Source: an uncultured SAR86 cluster bacterium (GTDB lineage: Bacteria > Pseudomonadota > Gammaproteobacteria > Magnimaribacterales > AG-339-G14). Taken from it: a DNA stretch of 64,000 nucleotides. The notes under the pieces are model-generated. The model did not search any database. It worked only from the letters and a program-made list of their open reading frames with translations, and was not told the DNA's origin. Numbering within the stretch: the stretch's first letter is position 1; the number at the start of each line of letters is the position of its first letter. Both the position numbers and the translations under genes were made by a program. Below, one piece after another: positions 53,699 to 61,420 of the stretch. The DNA lies in contig CACILL010000001.1 of the NCBI GenBank assembly GCA_902587545.1, positions 396,022 through 460,021 of the forward strand, given 5' to 3'.

Positions 53699-54733
53699 TT
53701 ATTTGACAACTTTACCGTCTCGGTCGACCTTTTGTCCTAAATTTTTCCTGTCTTTCAACTGAGGCGCAGAAGTTTTTACTTGCTTATAAGAGTTCAACAC
53801 ATTCCATTTATGAAAGCCTGCCATCAGCTCTTTAATGTCATCCTCGATAAGATACTCGGGAGGAATATTTAACGTTTTTACATATTCTTCTATTGAAATA
53901 TTTTCTTTTTTCAGAGATCTTGAAAATTCCAATACATAATCCAAATAAGAAATATATTTCTCTACTATGTCGCCATCAGAGATTTTTCCATGCCCGGCTA
54001 CAATAATTTTAGGATCGATTTTTCTTTGAAAATTTTTCATGGACTTCAAATAGTCTGAAACGATTTCAGATCTAGCCCATGGAATACTTCCCTTTCCAAA
54101 AATTAAATTTCCTGTCCAAGCCGCTCTGGCATCTGGGACATACACAACCGTATCACTTGGCGACATGCCAGGTCCAAAGTAATACAATTCAACGATTTTA
54201 TTTCCTAGATTTAATTTTTTCTTCTTCTTAAAAGACTCAGTCGGGAGTCTGTCTACAACATCTCTGAATAATTCAGTACTGCCGCCAACTGTAACCGAAA
54301 TTATTTCTTTCCTTTTTTGCAATGAATTTTTCTTGAGAAAATCTATGGTCTTTTCATGCGCGATAATTTCAGTAGATTCAGGAAAAACATAGTTACCAAA
54401 AACATGATCGCCAAATGCGTTTAGATTTACCAAATACTTTATTGGCAAGTCTGTGATCTTTTTTACAGCGTCAATAATTTGCTTTCCCATATTTCCAGTA
54501 AAATGAGCATCAACTACCAAAACGGCATCGTCGCCTACAACAAACCCTGAATTGTCTGCAAAAGGAGTATTGGACATTAAAGCAAAAACTCCATCATGTA
54601 ATTTAACCGTCTCCAGTTCTACTCCGGAAGGGTCTAAGGGCGGAGGAACAAACCATTCTGGCCTAGCATTTGCGTAAAAGGTGCTGCAAAACAGAAATGT
54701 GCTTATCAGGCATAAAGTTTTTAGATTAAACAT
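53699..54733 (-). CDS. Periplasmic MBL-fold protein with degenerate metal-binding motifs
   Basis: It has a signal peptide. The block YLVNLNAFGDHVFGN aligns by eye to the usual VNTHxHxDHxGGN. PGMSPSD replaces PGHTxGD, and GNL replaces GDL. A terminal GHG is retained. Confidence 0.6.
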   Translation of the reverse strand: MFNLKTLCLISTFLFCSTFYANARPEWFVPPPLDPSGVELETVKLHDGVFALMSNTPFADNSGFVVGDDAVLVVDAHFTGNMGKQIIDAVKKITDLPIKYLVNLNAFGDHVFGNYVFPESTEIIAHEKTIDFLKKNSLQKRKEIISVTVGGSTELFRDVVDRLPTESFKKKKKLNLGNKIVELYYFGPGMSPSDTVVYVPDARAAWTGNLIFGKGSIPWARSEIVSDYLKSMKNFQRKIDPKIIVAGHGKISDGDIVEKYISYLDYVLEFSRSLKKENISIEEYVKTLNIPPEYLIEDDIKELMAGFHKWNVLNSYKQVKTSAPQLKDRKNLGQKVDRDGKVVK

Positions 54734-54807
54734 TTGGATTTAATATAATTCCTCAAACGGAGCATCCATTATATTAAAGTATAATTGATTCAATACTAGG
54801 GAGAATA

Positions 54808-56220
54808 ATGGATTCAAATGAAGTAGTTAATGCTTTTCAAAACGACTCGCTTGGGAGTGATGATGCCGTTGGCATTGCAGAAAAAATTAAAAAAGGCGAG
54901 TTGAGTGTAAGCCTTGTGACTCGAGATGCAATAGAGCGCGCTAAGGCAGTTAATCCAAAACTGAATGCAATTACAGTAGAAAATTTTGATTTAGCTCAAA
55001 CAAATTCAGAAAAGCCTTTTACAGGATTCTTCCAGGGTGTTCCAACTTTTATAAAAGATACGGATGAGGTTCCTGATCTTCCATTATATTTGGGCAGCAG
55101 AAGTCTTCCGGGTGAGCCTTCGGATAAATATTCAAAAGCAGCAAAACAAATTATAGATACCGGCCTGAATTGTTTGGGTACCACAACTACTCCTGAGTTT
55201 GGCTTGACTGGGACTACAGAGAGCTTGCGGTTTGGGGCAACTTGTAATCCATGGAATACAGCTTACTCGACTGGGGGCTCGTCCGGAGGAAGCTCTGCAC
55301 TAGTTGCCTCTGGAGTAATTCCCATAGCTCATGCAAATGATGGAGCAGGTTCTATTCGAATACCGGCATCATGCTGTGGATTGGTCGGGCTCAAAGCATC
55401 TAGGGGTCGGATCAAAGACAAAGAAGTTCCAAGTTATTTACCTGCAAATATCTTACACGATGGTGTGGTTACGAGATCTGTTAGAGATACTTGGGCTTTC
55501 CATGCAGAAATTGAAAAAAACATTCCTGCTACAGAATTTCCACCAATTGGCGACATATCGGAATCTTTTCCTAAAAATTTAAAGATAGCTGTATTGACAG
55601 AAAATTGTCTTGGCGAAGATAGTTCCGCTGAGTTGGTTCAGGCAACTCATGATGTGGCTAGGCTATGCGCGTCGCTTGGCCATGAAGTCGAAATGATATC
55701 GAATCCTTTTTACAAAAAATTCGATGAAGATTTTTGGTTATTGTGGGCACACTTTGGCTTCTTGATTAGATATTCGGTAGGTAAAGAGCTAAGCTCAAAA
55801 TTTGATCACACGCAATTAGAGCAATGGCCGAAGTATCTTATCTCTCGTCATTGGAGAAATATTCACAAAGTTCCTGTAGCGTTTTGGCGCCTAAGACGCT
55901 TTGTATCTCAATATGAAACTTTTATGCAAAACTTCGACATCCTTCTAACTCCGACTCTTGGTACAACTGTTCCTAAGCTTGGTTTTTTCGGTCCAGAGGT
56001 AAGCGGACAAGAACATTGGGAAAGGATTAACGATTTTCTCCCATTTACTAAGTATCAGAATATATCGGGTGCGCCTGCCATTACTTTGCCTTGTGGCACT
56101 GACTTAAAAGGTTTACCAATAGGCATTCAGCTTTCAAGTCGTCTGGGAGATGATCGGCTTCTGCTTAAACTGAGCCTTCAGCTTGAACAAAATTCAAACT
56201 GGAAAAGCTTGAACAAGTAA
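54808..56220 (+). CDS. Amidase (amidase-signature family)
   Basis: It has the amidase signature GGSSGGSSALVASG and a catalytic Lys region (PTFIKD). Confidence 0.85.
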   Translation: MDSNEVVNAFQNDSLGSDDAVGIAEKIKKGELSVSLVTRDAIERAKAVNPKLNAITVENFDLAQTNSEKPFTGFFQGVPTFIKDTDEVPDLPLYLGSRSLPGEPSDKYSKAAKQIIDTGLNCLGTTTTPEFGLTGTTESLRFGATCNPWNTAYSTGGSSGGSSALVASGVIPIAHANDGAGSIRIPASCCGLVGLKASRGRIKDKEVPSYLPANILHDGVVTRSVRDTWAFHAEIEKNIPATEFPPIGDISESFPKNLKIAVLTENCLGEDSSAELVQATHDVARLCASLGHEVEMISNPFYKKFDEDFWLLWAHFGFLIRYSVGKELSSKFDHTQLEQWPKYLISRHWRNIHKVPVAFWRLRRFVSQYETFMQNFDILLTPTLGTTVPKLGFFGPEVSGQEHWERINDFLPFTKYQNISGAPAITLPCGTDLKGLPIGIQLSSRLGDDRLLLKLSLQLEQNSNWKSLNK

Positions 56221-56242
56221 AATTTTATCAGCCCTTCTTTGC

Positions 56243-56662
56243 TTAGGAATTAGGAAAAATTCTCCATTGGTTAACTTTATGAGTTGCGCTCAGTACCAAT
56301 AGACCAGCAAAGATTCCTAGGTTTTTAACGAAATTCTGAGTTTCATGTCCTGCATCTGTATTTGGATAATCATTCCAAAAATCATGTACACCGATATTAA
56401 TGAAAATAGTTAGTGCGGCCAGAATCAAAGCAGACTCTTTTATGCGATAACCCAAGATAAGAGTGGTTCCTAAAATCAATTGCAAAGCTATTGTGACGGG
56501 TAAGAGAATGCTCACCCAGGGTATAGAATGCAATGCCATGTATTCAGCTGTGAGTTCATAGGTTGGAATTTTAGAAATCCCTGGTAGAAAAAAATAAAGT
56601 CCAAGCAGCACTCTGCCGAATGTGATGCAGGTTTTTTCGAGAAGTTTCCAGTTATTGTCCAT
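56243..56662 (-). CDS. DoxX family membrane protein
   Basis: It is 139 aa with 4 TM, and the FGRVLLGLYFFLPG start is typical of DoxX. Confidence 0.7.
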   Translation of the reverse strand: MDNNWKLLEKTCITFGRVLLGLYFFLPGISKIPTYELTAEYMALHSIPWVSILLPVTIALQLILGTTLILGYRIKESALILAALTIFINIGVHDFWNDYPNTDAGHETQNFVKNLGIFAGLLVLSATHKVNQWRIFPNS

Positions 56663-56665
56663 TCT

Positions 56666-58183
56666 TTATTTAGTTTTTGATTCTTCTATAAGCTTGATAA
56701 GATTTTCATGAATTACAAGCGCTGTATTTGGACCCAGAGACACTACCTCGCCATAAGTTTCTTCATTCTCTCCATAAATCCAAGGGGCGTCTTCATCCCA
56801 TTCACTTTTTGGAATGATATAACCAATAGCATCGTTTGCTAAATTCACCATCAAATTAAGTTTGTCTGGAAATTGACTTCGTAAATGAGGAACTTCTTGA
56901 GGCGCTATTACGTAATCTGCGCCGATAGGATTTTCTATGCCTCCAACAGCAATTTCTGGATAGAGTTCTCCTGGAACGCCGGTAATTGATGCGTCTCCAA
57001 TTTGGATAAATGCTACTTCACTCAGATATCGCATGAACGGTGGCATTAGGCTAAGTTTAGGATCGGTATCAATGACGCCAAGCAAAGTACCTAATGAGAG
57101 CATGAAATTTTCTATGCCTAATTCTATTTCTGTCGAGTGGACAGTTATCGATGGCTTTAGAGACTGCTTGAAATCTCCTGCCTGAAAAGCCTCTATAACA
57201 CTGTTTGCTAAGCTATATCCATAAGTACGTGCTTTAGCATGACTTGGTTTGGTAAGCGTTTTTTTTAAAACAGGATCATAAATTGGATCGGTTGGTCCTG
57301 AAGTCATTAAGCCTCCTATATTTCCTGTTAGCCATAACGTGGTTCCACCGAGTCCGGCTCTAATTAGCTGATCGTTATAGTAAATACCCTCGCTGATGCC
57401 TTTTCTTAAGTAGCCTGCAACGTCAGCAGTTAATTCTAGATTTTTATCCCATACAAGTTCGACATGTATTCCAAAGTTAATTAATGAGCCAATAATTGAG
57501 CCATCGGGGCGATTAAACAAAATTGCTCTTATGTCGTCGTCTATCACGATGGGTTTGCGTTTGTCTTTGATAGGCGTAAGAGGATTTGTCGGAATTAAAG
57601 CCAGGCTCATTTCTGCGGGTTCCAAGTTATCTATAGCTATTTTTAATGAGTTAATGAAAGTTGTTTTGAGCTGCTCCATATAAACATCATCTACGCCGCT
57701 TTTTAAAAAACCTGGCCCCCAAAGACCTTGAGTATCTGGACCTTCATGATTATGTGTTGCATGCACCATGATGTAATCCAAACCCCACTCTGCAGGAACG
57801 TCCTCACGGACGTTAAGAACAAATTTTCGCATCAGCCCAATAGTGTCAGCGCTAATAATTCCTATCCGAGTCTGACCATCATCAATCACGGTAGTTACCG
57901 CCATGAGATCATCCTTAACTCCTTGCGCGGCTCGTTTATTTTGAAACCCCGCCATCCACACGGCATCGAATTGATTATTACCGTTTACATCGGTCCACTC
58001 GTCAATATCAGGATCAAATTGAGCGTCGTTATTTATATCTTCCCATTCATCAATTAATTCGGGGGTAATGGGAAGCTCAGCAAACCCGACTTTAAATTCG
58101 TTTGCATAGATTTGAGAAGTCAAAACAATGCTAAACATGATAAACATGTAAAGTCTGTTTTTTGGAAAACTAAAGAAAATCAA
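56666..58183 (-). CDS. Secreted hydrolase resembling the neutral/alkaline ceramidase N-terminal family
   Basis: It has a TTG start and a signal peptide. The pattern GFAELPITP...MAGF...AAQGVKDDLMA...ISADTIGL...HATHNHEGPD resembles bacterial ceramidase_alk-like proteins. The assignment is tentative. Confidence 0.5.
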   Translation of the reverse strand: MIFFSFPKNRLYMFIMFSIVLTSQIYANEFKVGFAELPITPELIDEWEDINNDAQFDPDIDEWTDVNGNNQFDAVWMAGFQNKRAAQGVKDDLMAVTTVIDDGQTRIGIISADTIGLMRKFVLNVREDVPAEWGLDYIMVHATHNHEGPDTQGLWGPGFLKSGVDDVYMEQLKTTFINSLKIAIDNLEPAEMSLALIPTNPLTPIKDKRKPIVIDDDIRAILFNRPDGSIIGSLINFGIHVELVWDKNLELTADVAGYLRKGISEGIYYNDQLIRAGLGGTTLWLTGNIGGLMTSGPTDPIYDPVLKKTLTKPSHAKARTYGYSLANSVIEAFQAGDFKQSLKPSITVHSTEIELGIENFMLSLGTLLGVIDTDPKLSLMPPFMRYLSEVAFIQIGDASITGVPGELYPEIAVGGIENPIGADYVIAPQEVPHLRSQFPDKLNLMVNLANDAIGYIIPKSEWDEDAPWIYGENEETYGEVVSLGPNTALVIHENLIKLIEESKTK

Positions 58184-58190
58184 AAATTAC

Positions 58191-58207
58191 TCTACCGTTA
58201 CGGAATT
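58191..58207 (-). promoter_or_regulatory. Leader motif copy 1 (plus strand TCTACCGTTACGGAATT)
   Basis: It lies 8-24 nt upstream (minus sense) of the ORF start at 58183. It matches the copy at 58679-58695 at 16 of 17 positions. The minus-strand reading TTCCGTAACGGTA is a near-palindrome. Confidence 0.4.
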
Positions 58208-58249
58208 GATTTGTGTGAGACTGTTTTTTATCTCCCTTGGTCATGATAT

Positions 58250-58651
58250 CTAGCAACTGCCATATTTTTCTGGTTCAAGATAATCACACAAATAATCTTC
58301 GCCAATATATACGTCAAGATTATTATTGTAGAAGTAATTGTTAGAAAAACTATATTCAGGAAATCTATAACCAATGAGAACATGACAAGTTGAGTATGAG
58401 CGACTATCACTTCCATAAAATCTTACATAAAAATACGGTTGTTTGTATTTAACTTTTTCGTATTTTCTGATTTTTCCTCTATTTTGAGGAGTATATTTAT
58501 AGTTTAATCTCATACATTTCTGAACTATCTCTGTTTCGTTGCTTAAGTGAAACTTTCGCCATTCTTTTAGTTCTTTGCTTAATGATATTCTTTCAATCTC
58601 GCCGCATCCCAACAAGGTAAAAATTAAAAGAGTTAAAGACAAATTTTTCAT
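58250..58651 (-). CDS. Small lipoprotein, unknown function
   Basis: I placed the start at the internal ATG, preceded by an AGGAG site. It has the lipobox LLGC. It is Tyr/Asn-rich with 4 further Cys residues. Confidence 0.6.
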   Translation of the reverse strand: MKNLSLTLLIFTLLGCGEIERISLSKELKEWRKFHLSNETEIVQKCMRLNYKYTPQNRGKIRKYEKVKYKQPYFYVRFYGSDSRSYSTCHVLIGYRFPEYSFSNNYFYNNNLDVYIGEDYLCDYLEPEKYGSC

Positions 58652-58678
58652 TAGGTAAACTCCTACCCCCAAAACTAT

Positions 58679-58695
58679 TCTACTGTTACGGAATT
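58679..58695 (-). promoter_or_regulatory. Leader motif copy 2 (plus strand TCTACTGTTACGGAATT)
   Basis: It lies upstream (minus sense) of the lipoprotein gene that starts at 58651/58672. The flanks are also similar between the two copies (CAAAAATTAC versus CAAAACTAT). Confidence 0.4.
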
Positions 58696-58710
58696 AGAAC
58701 GGACGTCGTA

Positions 58711-59127
58711 TTAATTGACCATTTGAGGAATACAAAGATTGTACTCATCAGTTGGTGAGACCATGCACCACCGAATAACCCTTGGTCCAAAACCATCATC
58801 TCTTACAACTCCAGTGAATTGAGTATATCCAGTATAACCGCCGAAACTATTCTTGGCGTTTACATAACCAACAAACCGATAACCATAAGTGATTTTGACT
58901 CCCGCAAGAGGGACGCTACTTTCCCAACCTTGATAGCAATCAACTTCAGAAAATCTCGCTGAAGGAGGGTCTTTTAACCTATTACTAATAAATGATTTTG
59001 CGATGTTTATACATTTGTTAACTGAAACGCCTATTCCATAATCAGCATTATTTATCTCGTCTTGTGACGGACCAGAAGCGCATGAAGTTACAACTAATAA
59101 TAAAATAAAGAAGCATGAGTGTTTCAT
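58711..59127 (-). CDS. Small lipoprotein, unknown function
   Basis: It has a signal peptide with the lipobox VTSC and a VNAKNSFGGYTGY block. Confidence 0.6.
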   Translation of the reverse strand: MKHSCFFILLLVVTSCASGPSQDEINNADYGIGVSVNKCINIAKSFISNRLKDPPSARFSEVDCYQGWESSVPLAGVKITYGYRFVGYVNAKNSFGGYTGYTQFTGVVRDDGFGPRVIRWCMVSPTDEYNLCIPQMVN

Positions 59128-59218
59128 GGATTCAAATTATCATATATTTCTCGCCAAGAAAATAAGACGTTTGATCTTACTCAACTGTGACCGAGTTGAA
59201 TTGTATGTACCCGTTTTT

Positions 59219-59563
59219 TTAGTCATATTTAATTCTACAAGAACCAAAATCTGGTTTGTAGGGTTGAGGAACACCTATCCAATATCTACCTATTTCAAGT
59301 TTGTTCTTTTCAATCATTATTATTGAGGTCATTCTGTTAAGAAGAATGTATCTTTCAGTTTCTCTAATCAATTTAAAGGGTTCTTTCTCTTGGTCATCTT
59401 CAATATTTTTAAAATAGTCTCCGTTTCTTTCAAAAAGGTGAGTTTCATATAGGGTTATGTCTTCACTGTGGGTAGGAGAAACAATAAGTTTACAAAGGTA
59501 TTGTTCAGAAAAAATATTGAAAGAAAGTAGTGTTAAGAAGAATACAAAAGATGTTTTCACCAA
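59219..59563 (-). CDS. Small secreted protein, unknown function
   Basis: It has the signal peptide MVKTSFVFFLTLLSFNIFS, is 114 aa long, and starts 30 nt downstream of the glmS stop. Confidence 0.5.
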   Translation of the reverse strand: MVKTSFVFFLTLLSFNIFSEQYLCKLIVSPTHSEDITLYETHLFERNGDYFKNIEDDQEKEPFKLIRETERYILLNRMTSIIMIEKNKLEIGRYWIGVPQPYKPDFGSCRIKYD

Positions 59564-59593
59564 AATACCTTTAGAGAACTAGTACACACAATT

Positions 59594-61420
59594 CTATTCA
59601 ACAGTGACAGACTTTGCTAAGTTTCGAGGCTGATCAATGTCAGTACCTCTAAGCAGAGCTACCTCGTAAGAAAGAATCTGTAAGGGCACGGTGTAAAGAA
59701 TCGGTGTCAGTAAGAAGTCGCACTCTGGCAGATTGATCAGATTTTTTGCTTTCAATTTCATATTGCCTGCAGCATTTCCAATGACAAACAATTTACCGCC
59801 TCTTGCTTTCACTTCCTCTAAATTAGAGACTAATTTTTCTGCCAATTCATTTTCAGGCGCCAAAGCAATAACAGGCATATTCTTATCAATCAGAGCAAGC
59901 GGTCCGTGTTTGAGCTCTCCAGCAGGATAAGCTTCAGCATGAATATAAGAAATTTCTTTGAGTTTTAGAGAGCCTTCTTGAGCTATCGGATAAAAGATAC
60001 CCCTTCCTAAAAACAAAGCATTGTCTTTTTTAGCTATTTCTTTAGCGATTTTTATAATCTTAGGTTTTAACTTTAGCGACTCAGTTATTTTCTCAGGCAA
60101 AGCTCGTAAAGCGCCAACGACTCTTCCTCTTAATCTTGGATTTAGGTTTCTTGCTTTTGCCAAGGACAAAGTAAGTAACATCAAAGCAGTTAGTTGCGTC
60201 GTAAAGGCTTTGGTGGAGGCAACGCCTATTTCAGGACCAGCGTTGGTCAACAAAACAAAATCAGATTCTCGTGCCAGCGAGCTTGTGGGTACATTGCAAA
60301 TGGTAAGAAAACCCAAATAGCTTCTTTCTTTGGCATATCTTAATGCGCCCAAAGTATCTGCAGTTTCTCCCGATTGAGAAATGGTTAACAAGAGGGTGTT
60401 TTTATCGACGTAGGGATTTTTGTAGCGGTATTCGCTCGCATAATCTATTTGCGTTGGGAGATTTGCGATTGCTGAAAACCAATTGGCTGCTACTCTGCCT
60501 GCATGCAAACTTGTACCTGCTGCAACGATTTGAATTCTTTCTACTTTTGAAAGCAACTCATTAGAACCTTCCCCAAATATATTTTCGAGCACGTCCTCGC
60601 CCCCAATCCTGCCATCTAAAGTATTTAGAATTGCAGTTGGCTGCTCATAAATTTCTTTTTCCATGAAATGGCGGTAGCCGTTTTTGCCCATCGCCTCGCT
60701 TGAAACATCGATAGTGGTAATTTTTCTAATAGCCCTTTTCTGGTTCTTATCTAAAATCTTGTACTCTTTAGCAGATACCTCTGCGACGTCCCCATCTTCT
60801 AAGAAAATAAATTCGTTGGTTAAATCAGCAAGCGCCAAAGGATCCGATGCAGCAAACATGCCTGAATCGGACTGACCCAAAAGCAGTGGCGATTTATTTC
60901 GCATGAGATAAAAATGCGATTCATTCTTCAAATCAATGGCAGCAACTGCGTAAGCTCCTTCTAATTTTTCTTTCAACAAAGACATGGCTTCCAGCATCTC
61001 ACTTCCTTGGTTTAAGAAAAAATCCAGTTGATGCGCTATCAACTCTGAATCAGTTTGGGAATTAAATTGGTAACCTTTTTTAATGAGTTGTTCTTTCAAA
61101 GCAACATAATTTTCAATGATGCCGTTGTGCACGATAAACACCCTGTTATTAGAAACGTGTGGATGAGCGTTCTTTTCTGATGGCTTTCCATGAGTAGCCC
61201 ACCTTGTGTGGGCAATACCAATTTTGCCCTTGGGCTTTTCTTTAACCATTTTGGATTCGAGCTTTTTAACTTTGCCTAAAGATCTAAGGTGTGCAATATC
61301 ATCTATTTGATGTAAAGCCACGCCGGCAGAGTCATAACCTCGATATTCCATCTTGTACAAGCCCTGCACTAAGAGTTTGCCAACGCTTTTTTCAGTAGCT
61401 GCTGCAATTATTCCGCACAT
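59594..61420 (-). CDS. glmS: Glutamine--fructose-6-phosphate aminotransferase
   Basis: The N-terminal MCGI provides the catalytic Cys. Two SIS domains are present, and the protein ends in the canonical LAKSVTVE. Confidence 0.95.
   Translation of the reverse strand: MCGIIAAATEKSVGKLLVQGLYKMEYRGYDSAGVALHQIDDIAHLRSLGKVKKLESKMVKEKPKGKIGIAHTRWATHGKPSEKNAHPHVSNNRVFIVHNGIIENYVALKEQLIKKGYQFNSQTDSELIAHQLDFFLNQGSEMLEAMSLLKEKLEGAYAVAAIDLKNESHFYLMRNKSPLLLGQSDSGMFAASDPLALADLTNEFIFLEDGDVAEVSAKEYKILDKNQKRAIRKITTIDVSSEAMGKNGYRHFMEKEIYEQPTAILNTLDGRIGGEDVLENIFGEGSNELLSKVERIQIVAAGTSLHAGRVAANWFSAIANLPTQIDYASEYRYKNPYVDKNTLLLTISQSGETADTLGALRYAKERSYLGFLTICNVPTSSLARESDFVLLTNAGPEIGVASTKAFTTQLTALMLLTLSLAKARNLNPRLRGRVVGALRALPEKITESLKLKPKIIKIAKEIAKKDNALFLGRGIFYPIAQEGSLKLKEISYIHAEAYPAGELKHGPLALIDKNMPVIALAPENELAEKLVSNLEEVKARGGKLFVIGNAAGNMKLKAKNLINLPECDFLLTPILYTVPLQILSYEVALLRGTDIDQPRNLAKSVTVE

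Noticed and set aside
59181-59220. A possible terminator hairpin (TCAAC-9 nt-GTTGA) followed by a T7 run on the plus strand.
   Set aside because: The stem is only 5 bp and is separated from the T run by about 12 nt. No plus-strand gene ends here, and on the minus strand the geometry is wrong for an intrinsic terminator.
59128-59593. A Tn7-like or other mobile-element insertion at the glmS-downstream attachment site.
   Set aside because: There are no tnsABCD-like genes, integrase or recombinase genes, and I could see no terminal inverted repeats or target duplication. Only the ORFan cargo-like genes remain, and they are reported as a separate low-key finding.
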